Below, piece after piece: positions 1-13,200 of a DNA stretch of 49,620 nucleotides (within the stretch, counting starts at the first letter, position 1; every line of letters begins with the position of its first letter). The stretch lies in NCBI GenBank assembly GCA_001655205.1, contig LPNZ01008715.1, forward strand, positions 1-49,620, read 5' to 3'. Both the position numbers and the translations under genes were made by a program. Below the pieces are notes generated by a model. That model ran no database searches, was not told the DNA's origin, and saw nothing but the letters and a program-made list of their open reading frames with translations. Source of the stretch: Lenisia limosa. Its lineage: Eukaryota; Protista; Breviatea.

Positions 1-3000
1 GGGGGAATCCTGGAAAACTGGGATGGCTGGGGAATCCTGGAAAACTGGGATAGCGGGGGAATCCTGGAAAACCGGGATGGTTGGAGGGGATGGTGACTCT
101 TTGGAGGTTAGATGTGAACATACATCATGTTGGAGAGGAATATGGGGCTCTTCCGCCTGCATGGCATTTTCAGACTCTGGACTAATGGGAGTGTTGTCAG
201 GTTGCTTCTCAGCCAATATCTGACTAGCTTGAATGACAGTGTAATCAGGAGTACTGTGTTTTGGCATTTGCAGAGCTTCAGTAAGAGGGCTGGTGGTGGG
301 TGTTGACAACTGCTCTTCTTCCATTGTGACAGGAGTGACTAGTGGCTCTTCTTCTACCTCCATTCCTTGTTGACTAACCGGCTCTGAGTATTCTCGAACT
401 TTATTCGGCCAATTGATTTCAGACATAACGTGTGTGGTGTCTTTGAAATCAATTTGATGCGGTGTCTGAAAGGTTATAAAACATTATTTGTTTAACAACA
501 TCTCAAAATGAAAGTTCTTTATGATTGAGTAACCCCCACCCCCTTAAGACTTACCGTGAAAACCGCCACCATTGATTCTGTTGCCTCAATTCGGGTCACC
601 TTTGTTAGAGGCATTTGGTGGGCTATGATTGCTGGGTATGACATCTGAAGAGGTCAATGTTTTTATTTTTGTTCGAAACTAACTGGCAGAAAAAAGGCCG
701 GATGTATTGAAAAAAAAAAAACACTACATTTGGCTTTTTCAGCAATATGAAACAGTCGGTAATGTATGAAAAAAGCTAATATTACGCAGCGTCAGAAAAA
801 TGCCTCCCGTGGGGTAACAAACCAATTACTGAGATTAGTTCTATTAAGTATGCCTGCTCACGTGTCCATTAGTAATCTGAGGTACCGTAACAAACGCCAG
901 GTCACACGAGGTATCAGACGAAAGTGCCACCATCAAACAGGCCTCAGTGGCGAAAGACAAGGAAAGAACAGTGGTTCCTTCCGGAAGAGACAGTTGGACA
1001 CTGGGAGGCTACGAGTGTAACTGAATCGGTGCTTTCAGATTGCTTTAAGATTTTTTAATATTTTATCATTATAACAACATTCTAACAAACCTCTTCTGAA
1101 GAAGCACATGTTTCCACAAGCAGAATAGCTGAACCGTGACATAAAACATTTACCCAGGAGGAGGGAGATATATTATTATAGTAACCAACATCAATGCATG
1201 CATATGCTATATCATAGTATCGGAATAATAATATATACTGTATATGATATGTGCTCTTAGAGAATGACCCTCACCTTCTCCTCCTTTTGTTGAATATGCG
1301 ACTCGCCTTACGCCAGCGTCTTCAAACGCAGCAAGCAGGGGAGCTAGGCGAATGACACAATATTGATTTTAAAAAAAATCATCTAATACGTCTTTAATGA
1401 AAATGCGATTATCATATGATGCATCTTGTTCAAAATTGCTTCAAAAAAAACACAAGAGTGCTTTCATAGCAATACACTGTTATAGTGATTGTCAGGTAGT
1501 AACTTGGCAACTTCTTTGGGTAAGATTCATGTCTTTAAAACAGCCAGCCCACCCTTGTCTTCGTTGACTTCAGAAGATATTTCAAAAGGTGATAGCATTT
1601 GGGGCTCTGCAGCTGCTTCCGATGAAATGTCTTGGACTTCCCCTTCCCATCGATCACACAGGACTATGGCCACTGCTACGGCTTTTTGGAGGGATTCGAG
1701 AGGCTAAAGAAAATGAATATTGTCGGTTTAAAAGAGGGATAAGCAAGACACGCTGATGGTGCTCAATACGAAGGAAATGTAATATTAATAAAATGAAATA
1801 TAACAGCAACCTTAGTCAAGGCGTCATAACCCCAATGGAGGTCAATATAGTCGAGAACCGCATCTTTGTTGTGATCAAGTACCTATAATATTAACTTTAC
1901 TCTTAGAAAAAATATTAAATGCCAAAATTATATGTATGTGTCAAAAATGATAATGTCAAAATATTTGTGTGCATGACAGTTGACAACTGTAAGCATTTGG
2001 TGCTGTATTGTTGTATTTAAAATTCTGCTTACAAATGTTGGGTCTTCAAGCTCTTCTGTGTCTTGAAAAATCTTTGCTTGAACTAAGGTGTCATACACAA
2101 ATAGGCCAGGAAGGTGATTACTAATACATATTATACATTTTTGATAAAATAGAGTATATACAACCTTATTTTTTTTATTTCTCATTGCTATATTTTCACA
2201 CTCCTCTTACTATCAGCAATCCACTGGAAGAAAGACGAAAATGGTTCTTTCAATTTCACTACAACGTCAAACCGTCAGATGTGGAATGTAATCAAAATTA
2301 TAACAAAAAGACAATAAATACTCTTGTAATACGCTCTATCTGTACCCTCTCAGACATGTTGCAGTAACAATACAATCCACAGAGGTTAAGGCTGCGTCAA
2401 CGGCTTTGGACAATGGTGTAATCATAGACATTGGTGGCGCAAGTCCAGCAAATCTGGAAGACCTAAATCCCATCAGAAATGTAAAAAAAAACGAGATAAT
2501 TACACAAACTAGAAGTCATGACGCACCAATTAGCGATTGTAGTTAGCATTTGTACCGCTGACGCAGCAACGTCAAGGGCTCTACCAATACAGGCATCAGT
2601 ATACGCAGGGATTGGTGAAAACTCTTTGGCAGTGAAAGCGAGGATCTTCTTGAGAGCCTGGAACAGTGCATTACCAATGTGTTATCAAATAAGACAGCAT
2701 ACAATTCTGTTGAGAGCTATGGTAGAACCCAGAGTTTTACACAAAGGCGCTCGCAAGTAACCTGTGTCACATGCATGGGCCAGGTCATCCTAATAGTCAA
2801 TAAGTTTTTTAAGTTATAATTCAAGATATCATATGATATGATACAGTAGCTGAATCATTATTTTAACAATAACGCCATTCACATAAAACATACTATATAA
2901 TATGACAGCTTACAGTGAGACAGTTCTTTTCAAACTCATTATACGCTCGTTCGAGTCCTGTCATTACTGTCTGGAAAGGGGTAGCCACTTTCTTCCAACG

Positions 3001-5233
3001 TTTTAATATTCTTCCTGTTGCCTCTGAAGCATGGCTGAGTGAAGCCCTAGGAAGAAATTAAACATACTATCATCCCAGGAAATATCAATATTACAGAGGA
3101 TTACTGATATGTTCAGTTTGGAAGAGAGCCAAAAAAACCTATCACAAATGAGTACTCCAACCTTAGCTCAATTGATACCTTGGCAAGAGAGGCCACCTCG
3201 TGGAAATTCCCTAAAACTGGCACCTAAAATACCATTAATGAACTGAACACACACACACAAAAAAAAAAAAAAAAAACTTGGGGAATGGAAACACTCTTTC
3301 TTGTTTGAAATTAATTAGCATACGTTTTTTGATTTTAGTAGCCTCAGAGGAGATAACACCGGTTCAATATCTCCTAGAAATGTCAGAATCAGAGTAAAGT
3401 AAAACTGAAACTGTTGACAATATGGAGGAAAGCAATGCATCGTCAACAAACCTGGTGAAGTGTATGAAGTCATTAAAAAATGCCCATTTGCATATAATAT
3501 GTTATATTTCATAACGAAAATAATCGAGAAAGTATGTATTACAAGGGAATGCAGAAAAACTGATTACTGACCTTTCATATGCATACATGCATCGACAGCT
3601 TCCCTGTGAACAAACGTGTTGAGAGTTGGGCCGAGGATGAAAGAGTTCAGCATTGTATCGTACTGGGCTGATAAAGATTCAATTGTAAATCAAGGTAATT
3701 AATAAAAAATATATTTCCCTATTCACGAAGCTTAAAACCAAATCAATTCAGGTAATTATCTTGATTTGGTTACTTTTCAGAAAAAAAAAAAAAAAATAAA
3801 NNNNNNNNNNNNNNNNNNNNNNNNNNNNNNNNNNNNNNNNNNNNNNNNNNNNNNNNNNNNNNNNNNNNNNNNNNNNNNNNNNNNNNNNNNNNNNNNNNNN
3901 NNNNNNNNNNNNNNNNNNNNNNNNNNNNNNNNNNNNNNNNNNNNNNNNNNNNNNNNNNNNNNNNNNNNNNNNNNNNNNNNNNNNNNNNNNNNNNNNNNNN
4001 NNNNNNNNNNNNNNNNNNNNNNNNNNNNNNNNNNNNNNNNNNNNNNNNNNNNNNNNNNNNNNNNNNNNNNNNNNNNNNNNNNNNNNNNNNNNNNNNNGAA
4101 GGAAAGAGGGAGCCAGAACGCAAAGACGCCACCACCGGTGACATTAGATTGGAGTATACATCCACAGCTTGTCCTTCACTGGTCTGAAGAATAAGTCTTA
4201 GAGCTTCTTAGGTTGTAGATAATAAATATTATCTCATACACGAAACTAAAAACATCGTAGAGCTTCAAAAAAGAATATTATATACCAGCTGACCTCAGGT
4301 AGAGGAGTTGGCTTTCGTAAACTGTCAGTAAACGGATCAGCATATCTAAACATAATCATTTGGGGTATCTGTGGAGGCCCTAAATATTTTCCAATAAACC
4401 AACCGAACACAGGGGTCCGCTTTCTCCGATTGGTACCACTCCAAACTAACAACAGGCGAAGGGCTAGTGGTGATTAGCTGTAAAAACGGTTCACTTAGAT
4501 GATACTTGACCACAACATTGTCCTTATGCAACAATTGCCTACTCTCCTCCGGGAACGGTGCTTGTCCTGATGATTGAACCTTGTTCGCAATCAACACAGT
4601 GGATAGAACCGTCGCGACAGCCTGCTGAGAGTTGGTGGCCTGTCAATGGTTATTGAACTGTTGAAAATGTAAAATTGGCAAATATCTCTCAATATTAAAC
4701 AAAATGGCTTCACTTTGGTAGGAATAAAAACATATACTTATTTGTCTACGGAAGAAAGGCAAACAACACAAGTATGAAACTACATACGACATATTTTTGG
4801 AGATTGTAAACCACATTTTAGGTCAATAAGACCGCAACACGAATGTCTTTCGCTTACAATTGTTTTGCCAGGCAATTGCAGTTACAGGACTCTCGAATTT
4901 CATTGTCCATATTGACTGAAAAGTTATCATGTAAACGTTGAGTATTTCAATGAAATATATATTTCAACGTCATTTCAATGAAGTTAAAGGAGAATACCCT
5001 TTTCAATAGCATACCTTGCCAGAGGGTCTGAGGAGAATAAGCTGGCAATCCTCTGTCGAAACGACGGTTAATGATTCAGATGGATCAAATGATAGGGCAA
5101 GGATAGTGCTTGGGAAACTCTACAAAAAGTTATGAAAATAAACTCAACAGGTAATTATGGAAACTGATAACTGACCTTCATTGCAACTGATTTCTATACA
5201 ATATACTTAGAACCACGGTGTCCTGTGATCCAT
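1..5233 (-). CDS. ANAPC4: Anaphase-promoting complex subunit 4-like protein (multi-exon; 3' end beyond window start; start codon uncertain, ATG candidates at 5181 and 5233)
   Basis: Hand-spliced GT-AG exons give [35 protein letters not shown] / [19 protein letters not shown] / [20 protein letters not shown] / SPVVSLEW / [17 protein letters not shown], matching the order and motifs of the APC4 N-terminal WD40-like region. A helical part follows ([35 protein letters not shown]) resembling the APC4 long domain. Gap 3801-4097 interrupts the model. Confidence 0.75.
2..82 (-). repeat. 27-bp coding tandem repeat, at least 3 copies, encoding IPVFQDSPA in the low-complexity C-terminal region of the APC4-like gene
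   Basis: GGGGAATCCTGGAAAACTGGGATGGCT, GGGGAATCCTGGAAAACTGGGATAGCG and GGGGAATCCTGGAAAACCGGGATGGTT lie head to tail inside an open minus-strand exon (1-465). Confidence 0.9.
3801..4097. other. Assembly gap (N run); other gaps at 10931-10986, 11614-11726, 12937-12946, 16425-16507 and 30245-30254
   Basis: N characters in the sequence; several abut homopolymer tracts or repeats. Confidence 1.
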
Positions 5234-5454
5234 TAGGGCTTGCTTGCAAAAGAAATTATAGAATCAAGCCAGATTACAGAGATTATTTTGCTAGCATGTC
5301 AATAGAATAATATAATAAGTTAGTTTGAAAGTGAACCTGCTGGACCACTGGACTTTGACAACTATAAAAAAAATTTCGGCATATTTCGTAGAGACTCGGT
5401 TTCGGGATCAGTTGCCTCAAGACCCCAGCCAGGCCCTTTTTCAATGTACAACTA

Positions 5455-7827
5455 ATGGCAGTGATTGCAGAAGTGATAGAGGAAGACGAGGCGTCTGGGG
5501 TCCAGTTAGTTATCTCTCCCCGCCATGTTCAGAGCACAGCATTGATTATTCTCGTGATTACTGGGCTTGTTTTAAGGTATGATTCTTTGAATCAATATTG
5601 GATGTTTATAGCTACTTCGGTTGTGAATGGGTATTTTTCTTCATTTGCTGTTGACTGTTTTCCCAGTTGGGTGCAATTCTGTTTTGTGGATTTATTGGTC
5701 CTTTATAATAATAAAAAAATGTAACATGATCAGCTTGCCACTTGTTGGTGTTGACATTGACACATGTATGCATGATCGTTTCTATCCTGAAATCAAGGTT
5801 GGGCATCGTGTATGTTATTTTACTGAAACAGCAACTATATGTTTATTTTTACTGTTATAACTGACGTGTACTTGTTGTTCATATCTCACTAGATGGTGAC
5901 CTCCCTCCCTCGCTCACACATTTAGAGAGGACTATTTGGGCTGAAAGCACCGCTTGTCCACGACCTTAGTGTTACATGTCTCGTGATATGCGCAATCTGG
6001 CTCACATATGCCACTGCCGCTCCTGATCATTCAGTAGGCACAATATATTATGTGTATGTAACCTCAGTATTTTCAAGGAAACTCCGTGTGTCCCCTAATT
6101 CATCGCGTTGCATCCTTATTCTTGTTTGTTTTTAAACTAATTGACATATTTAGATTGAGCGCCATATGTCTAAAAACACCGCTGCTGGGTTTGTGGTTGA
6201 TTATATTCTTTTTTGTCTTCTCTTTGACAAACAGTAATTTGGGTTGAGATATGAACATTGACTTCTTAGGATTCAACACTTTTCCCATACAACTGTCATC
6301 CATGAAAAGGTTTGGTGTTCTGTGTTGACGAATAATTCGAAATGACATGAACATGTCATACGTAGTATTATACTATATGAATCTCATTCAATGGTTTTAT
6401 GTCTTTGTGACACAGTCCAACATATTTTAGGTGACACTGAAGTCAATAAAGAATTTCTGGAATTCAATGGTATGGGGGGCATTCCTGAGTACAAAACGTT
6501 CTTGTTTTACTTGCAGGGTGACTCGGAAGATGAAGAAATAAGTAGTGATGACAGTGAGTATCATCGAAAATCAAATGAAGATAGTCAGAGGGGTGTGCAT
6601 GAAAGGTCATGGACTACGTCTTGATGTGTGCCTATTTGAATAATGACCTAAAACCTCACTTATTCTACTTGTTATTTATTAATTTGATAGAGTAGACAAA
6701 TTCAAGTGGTATACCCTTTTTCGATTATCCTTGTGACATAATTTTTTTAGACTCATGGATTGCGTTTAATCCTCAAACAGTTGCATTTGTACTCTTAGCT
6801 GAACTATGGTGTGTGTATTATTAATATCTTGGTTTTTTGTATATCGTTTGATGGTGTTGTTACAACTGTAGGCATTTGGCTATGTACCAATGGAACTCTT
6901 CACTCAAGCATGCAATGAAAGACAATTTATGTAATCGACACCCAAACAGGTGGGACTATTAAGATTGGATTATATATGTCATTTTCAAGCATATGAATGA
7001 TATTTTGTGAAGGCATTGATTCATTTCAACAATTTAACTGTTTCATCTCCATAGTGTCAGTGGGCACTCCAACTTCTTTCTTTTCGCTTCCCTTGCAATA
7101 CTTATGACCATCGCGCGTCTTGGCACAAGCCTTAGAAAGTATGTGGTCAATTTTTAGGAAGGCAAATGATTTGTTCCTTAATTAGTTAATGAAACCAATA
7201 TCTTTTCAAACAAATATTACCCAATATACATCTGCATCCAATACATATTGTTACCATGTAGAATACGACTGTATGTGACAGTTGTTCTGTATCTCATGTT
7301 TGTTTTCCTTGCTTCTACAACTCTTCTGAACACCTTTTTTAACGGTAGGGAAGTATTCTTTTTTGAGACAATTCATTCTAAAATTCAGTATCAGAAAGCT
7401 ATTCTTGGTAGTTGGATTCTTGAATAGTTATTGATTCTCACTACCATTTAGGCTACCATACAGCTCGTCAAATGGCCCTTGGTTTTGCTTTCGGTGCAAT
7501 ATCCTTCCTCTGTTTCCAGCGCTATGTTCTCCCCCAACGTATGTGACTTGATTGGGTCATAACTTGGGCTTCCCTTCGGTCCCAAAAAGACCGTTTAAAT
7601 ATCGATATTTATCGAGGATTTATCGAGATATTCAGTCTTTTTGGGGCATTATATGTAATATGTAGAAATGTATTGCAAGAAGTTATGTAATACACTCCAT
7701 AATTGGAATTCCTAACATTACTGACTCTAAAGAACGTGAGACTCTCGCAATATTGGCGTTGAGGGGTTTGATAGGTGTGGTTGTTCTTCTTCTATCCGTA
7801 CAGTTCGCGCCTATACTCTATGCATAA
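5455..7827 (+). CDS. Multi-pass membrane protein with C-terminal PAP2 (lipid/dolichyl-pyrophosphate phosphatase-like) domain
   Basis: Spliced exons give hydrophobic segments, then SSLKHAMKDNLCNRHPN (C1-like), VSGHSNFFLF (C2 SGH) and FFNGYHTARQMALGFAFG (C3-like GYHTxxQ, as in DOLPP1-type enzymes); stop TAA at 7825-7827. The join across 6517-6750 is uncertain, so two genes cannot be fully excluded. Confidence 0.55.
7581..7645. repeat. 65-bp intronic foldback: perfect 11-bp inverted repeats around an internal palindrome
   Basis: CCCAAAAAGAC (7581-7591) pairs with GTCTTTTTGGG (7635-7645); internal AAATATCGATATTT palindrome and two TTTATCGAG copies. Confidence 0.7.
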
Positions 7828-8383
7828 GAACTTGATGTATTATTGTTCATGAACTACAACACTTGTCAATTTCAAATTAAATTACATATTAAATACTTAC
7901 TTGTAAAATGCACACAACTTCAACATAATTCAACCTTAGAAAATGGCCTGAACGGCAAATCTTGATAAATAAGAACAGAGGAGTCCAACAACAATAATAG
8001 TATATTATGGGAATCATAAAGTGGTATTAAAATAGTAGTATACATAGCTATATAGTACGTATAATATTGTATGATTTGTGCAGTTTGTCATAAAGCAGTA
8101 TATCATATATTAAACACAATTACCAACCTTTGTTTTTGTTAGAGCTCTTTCATTGCTCCTTCTTGTCTACACTCCACGCCAAAGCAGTTGGTCTAATCAC
8201 ATTTATTAGCATTATAAGGATACTATAATATGTACCATCATATGTGTGTGGATAGAAACAGACAATAATCTTAAATACAAACAGATGAGAAGACCCCCTA
8301 GTATATATTACGACAAAAAATAACATTACAAATGCTTCAAACATACGTTGTGTCAAAAACAGGATTCATTACCAACCGTGTCA

Positions 8384-9947
8384 TTAATCTGGGGCTTGGG
8401 GATAACGTGTGCCCTGACTGTGGTGCCATTAGGTTGTCGCCAAGAGAATGGACTAAAGAAATTTAGTGCATAAGTCTAGTGATACATCTTCATTGAACCT
8501 CAAAAGATGTTCAACAGAGGTGGCTAAGCACTTTTAAACAAAAAGTATGGACCACCCCCCTCCCCCCGGGTTCTCATATTACGAAAGAGCACGCCTCACA
8601 TACTTGGTACAGTAGCTGTGGGAATTGATGTAAGATTTGCGTTTGATGTCGTTTTTTCAGCAAATCCTGTGCGACAAGTGAAAATCACAAGGGGTTTTCT
8701 TTGATTTATGGGAATGGAATAAAAACAGATATCCAAAACAAAATCCCCACTGCCTAGATGATGATCGCACATATATCCCCAAACTGACCTTGTTGTCTTA
8801 GGTCCATTTGCCCAGTCTTGAAAGCATCGGGCTTCTTATGTCGCACAACATCTAAAGAATTGTGTAAGTATTGGGCAAGCATATGATGAAGCCAAAGTAA
8901 TAACATCAATATATACATATTCTAGTAAATGTATAGTATGTATATGTATGCACATGGGTCAGATGATAAATTAGAAAAGAAACAGCTAACACCACTCAGC
9001 CACACATATCAGAGTTTAGAACATGAATAATCGCAAAATTTACACAATCCCAAAAACCCAACGATGAGTACTGACGTTCTTCTCGTCGAAATAATTAATT
9101 TCCAAATTGGCAGCCATCTCCTGTCCTAACAACCGAACAGCCTATTCAGTCAACACAAAATGCCCAATGTAGAAAGGAAGCAACAAAATTAAGCACGTAT
9201 ACCACAAGACAACAAAGACATAAACAAAAAAAAAAATGCTCTTTTGCTTACTTGTTTTTCCTTTATTGGAGAAGAAAGGTCAATTTTATCCACACGGTAA
9301 CCGTTCAGAATAAGATAGTAGTGAGGCGTACTTTGAGCTAGAGTAAACTTAGTTATAATAATAGGAAAATGAATCATATTGTAATCACCTCTTCACTCTC
9401 TAAATCACAATACCCACAAGGTCGCTTCATCATTCGAATGTAAATATTGTTGAGAGGACCGCAAGAAATAACACGTCCTTCAATAGAAAAGAGGTAAGTC
9501 CTGTTTGGTTAAATGTTAAATATTTAAAGACAATGGAAAGCATTTCCTATTAAAAAAACATTCACTCATTCGACAAACCCAGTTTGATGGTTAATTTCAT
9601 AGTACCGCACATGCCGATATGTGAAAATGACAAAGATCGAGACAGTGATTGACGCAATGATCACTACTAAGTAGTCCTGGTTTGTAAAAATAAAATAAAA
9701 ACAAATAAGAGCTGAATTATATGCAATCAAAAATCTTGCTCACTGATATTTGTACTCCGAAATACGTCAAAAACGCCAATGTAACAAGGGTGAAGATAAG
9801 AAGAAGCCAGCCTGCCGTGAAACGCTTGTAACGCAGGCCTAACTTCATGACTCCTGACTCATTTCTTGTAAATGGCCAATAAGGGTTAACTTCTAATTTA
9901 CGCTCTAGGGCCTCTAAAGGTCCAGCTTTGCCTTTGAAAATCGGCAT
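8384..9947 (-). CDS. TMEM249: TMEM249 (CatSper auxiliary subunit, DUF4579 family) homologue, about 8 exons
   Basis: Spliced protein: ERKLEVNPYWPFTRNESGVMKL..GWLLLIFTLV / DYLVVIIASITVSIFVIFTYRHVR / TYLFSIEGRVISCGPLNNIYIRM / HYYLILNGYRVDKIDL / LLGQEMAANLEINYFDEKNVSTHHVVRHK. It is colinear with human TMEM249 as I recall it ([77 protein letters not shown]). Splice phases are consistent across these homologous exons. Confidence 0.85.
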
Positions 9948-10240
9948 GATTAAAAGTGGTGGCGTCAATCAATAGATAAAAAGATATACGTATGAAAATC
10001 GGTATGTATATAGATCTAGTTAAATTTTATAGATTATTCTGCTTAGAAGAGGGAGGAAGAGAAGAAACAAAGAGGAAATATGATGAAAAGGTTAAAGTGT
10101 TTTCGAAAGTTTTCGATAACATCGATAAATTGTACTAGTTCTGGAAAAACACGATATTTTGGAGCAGTTTTGGAGTTTTCGGTTTTTAGCACATATTTTT
10201 GACTGTATATAAAAAAAATAAAACGAAGTTTGGAAACATA
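9948..10240. promoter_or_regulatory. Probable bidirectional promoter between divergent TMEM249 and STAT-like genes
   Basis: Only 293 bp separate the two divergent ATGs (9947 minus, 10241 plus); contains a purine-rich GAGA-like tract near 10045-10080. No specific factor site is claimed. Confidence 0.5.
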
Positions 10241-13200
10241 ATGGCCTACCCCTTGAGATCTCAGGGTAATGCTCCCGATGTTGACTATCCATCTAAAACG
10301 GACGACGCCTATTGGGGTGAAGAAGACTATGAAGATGATGACGACGATGCTTATTCCCCAAATAGATCTAGACGTGGAAAACGTAACAAAGCTCAGCAGA
10401 GAAGGAAAGGCGACCAGGTTCTCCTCTCCCCTGTCACACCAACGCCTAGTTATAGATCAGGAGAGAAGGTAACTGATGTTTCGGACCATTCCTTGTATGG
10501 ATGTGGAGAGAATTTCTTCAAATTCCCGTAAGTACAACTCTTTTCTCCTTCCAATCTTATTTTTAGGTTCAATATGAAGGTTATCTTCGACCATGTCCAC
10601 GAAATGGAAACAATCAAACTTGTGTCTCGTGAATATGACAATCAGATCTACTTTGATGTCCGTCCTAACAAGCTCATCCCAATCAGACTTGAACTTGAGG
10701 TTGGAAGAGATAGCGCTTGATAAAATATATAATTGTATTAGTGTTGAATGTTGTTCTTATGTTTCTTTCTTCACCTTCGTAGAACCCCCTTCCTCCCATT
10801 CCAGCATCATCCTACTACAGTCTCCGATGCGAGCTTCAAGGAATCACACATCAACTGAAAGTCAGTGTTGGATTTTTTTACGTTTTGTGCTACTTCAACG
10901 CAGTACCCCCCCCCCCTTATTTTTGTTTTGNNNNNNNNNNNNNNNNNNNNNNNNNNNNNNNNNNNNNNNNNNNNNNNNNNNNNNNNCAAAGTCAAGCGTA
11001 TGCCGAAGTGCAAAAAGTGTGAAGGCAGTATTTCACCCATTGCTGTTGGTGAAGGCAAAACCTGGGTCGTTTCCGAGTTCGACAAACTTACCTGCAAGTT
11101 TGTTGGGTTTCAGATGCACCTTCCTGAAAAACGGACCAGCATTACACTAATAGAGGCCTGTTGTATTCCAATCACACGCATACTTTTTTTATAGATTGAG
11201 TACCTGCTTTATTATTATTACAGGTTTTTTTTGGCCCTTGGTCCAGACAACGTTCTACATCAGAAAATTCACCACATGTATTTTTATATCCTTTACAATC
11301 ACTTACAAGCCATGTTCCATTTTTGATATTATTAATTGTATTATTTCAAGCCTCTTGTGTGATTGTAGTGGTTCCAAAGGTTTTCTGTCTCCCACAGCTA
11401 TTTTGTAATTCATTCAAACCTTCGCACGTCCACCTTGTACTGACCATATAGCGTACAATGGACCAACCGCATCGATATTCCCATCAAAGTGGCATGCTGC
11501 ACTGTCCAGCATGACCTAGCGCACTTCCGCATCCTGTTCGTCATCGAGCGCATTGACGAAGGCAGTGATGAGCCTGTCCTGGTAACTCGAATGGCGTGGG
11601 GGGGGGGGGGTAANNNNNNNNNNNNNNNNNNNNNNNNNNNNNNNNNNNNNNNNNNNNNNNNNNNNNNNNNNNNNNNNNNNNNNNNNNNNNNNNNNNNNNN
11701 NNNNNNNNNNNNNNNNNNNNNNNNNNTAGTGGATCCAAGTCCGCTGTGCATTCTCATTATCGTTGCATGCAATCTGATATATTTCAGTATGGCTCCTATT
11801 CTGTCCCGAAAGCGAGCTGGAAAGGCTCCTCAGGCACGACCCCCCGCGTCTCAGAAATCGGTGTGCGGGTGCCTGTATTACTCATTATATCATTTTCCGT
11901 GTGAAACCAATCCTCAAACCTAAGTGTATACCGTCATATCACCTTACGGAAACATGTGGAGATACCAAACAAGTCATTAATAATCCATGTAGACCGCAGT
12001 GGACCGTCGCCGTCCTGCTGTCGAGCATGTTAGACGTATGTTTCGGAAGGGAGGGGGGGGGTACCAATAGCAGCATAGTGTCAACTTGTCGGTTTCACAC
12101 ATGCCACATCTCGTGTCAATATTTAGTGCTTTCCTATTTCAGTGACATTTTCCCATGAAACTGATCTCTTCCAGACAAGTAATTATACATCACCAATATT
12201 TACCCTTGTAGCGGCCCGCAGAAAGCGCAGTCGCAATGCCTATGAAGACATCCCGGATATGCCGGCGGTGATGGCGGTGTCTGATAAGATTTCGCCGTTT
12301 GGGGCCGGGGTACAAGCTGTCACGCAAGGCCAAGGTTTGGCTGGATTATATACATACATTCTTTGGATGTACATGCGATGATAGCGCTCCAACTAGCACA
12401 CCTGAAAACTACATCGATAAATGATTTTAACATATCGTAGTCCTTTGAAGTAACAGGTAGTTTTGGTATTAACATATTTGAGCGGATTTCAAACAGTTAG
12501 AAAGGCAGTCTACATGTACTATAACTTTTTGCGTATCAATATCCCTTACTTTGTACCAAACCTACATCATTATTTGACATGCCATATATTGTATAGTTGA
12601 CTGAAACTTCAAATCGCTCAATCTATGAAATAACAATCAAATACCAGTCTGATGTGGTATAACCAGCATATAGCATATATTATGTGCATGTACTATGAGG
12701 GAAAAAATTCCATATTATTCCATGAAGTAATTAAACTGATGCATTCCGTAAGTGTGATTCACAATTATTCCATCCAGTAGGAGATTGCTTGGAAAAGATT
12801 AAGCCCACAGTGATAAAGGCATTTCTCATAGTGCCAATTAGCCCTCCACTTCTTTCTATTTTACCATTCATTCGCAGATTTACTATTTAGAATTGTGTAA
12901 AAAATGAAAGCCCAACACAATACCATATTTTTGAATNNNNNNNNNNGCGTTTGCGCGGCATATGAAGATATCAGATCATTGCAGGATTTTCCTAAGTAGC
13001 ACGGATGATAATCATGAATTACTCTAATTACTTGAATTTCCATGACCACTTCAGATTTGTCTGAAAGCGTCACTCGTATTGTTGGTGAAACTCTGGGGCC
13101 TGCTCCTACGGGTAGGTTGTAACATTTTTTTTAAGGATCTTACACATTCATGGTCACTTCATAATTTTTTTAAACAATTGGCAGGATATAATATGATTGT

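Noticed and set aside
2-82. CRISPR-like array (also considered for 29781-29826)
   Set aside because: Units are directly adjacent with no unique spacers; the context is eukaryotic coding sequence or a transposon end, with no cas genes.
1464-1553. Possible UGA-to-Trp recoding: the APC4 frame continues plausibly past TGA at 1527-1529 and 1464-1466
   Set aside because: A GTGGGC donor at 1552 ends the exon before the stops and joins the next exon in phase; the same donor is used elsewhere, and long exons (e.g. 43404-45634) are open in the standard code.
10904-11612. TA-C11 and G13-TA as TIRs enclosing the DNA-binding-domain exons
   Set aside because: Complementarity is limited to the homopolymers, and the enclosed exons splice in frame as an integral part of the host gene.
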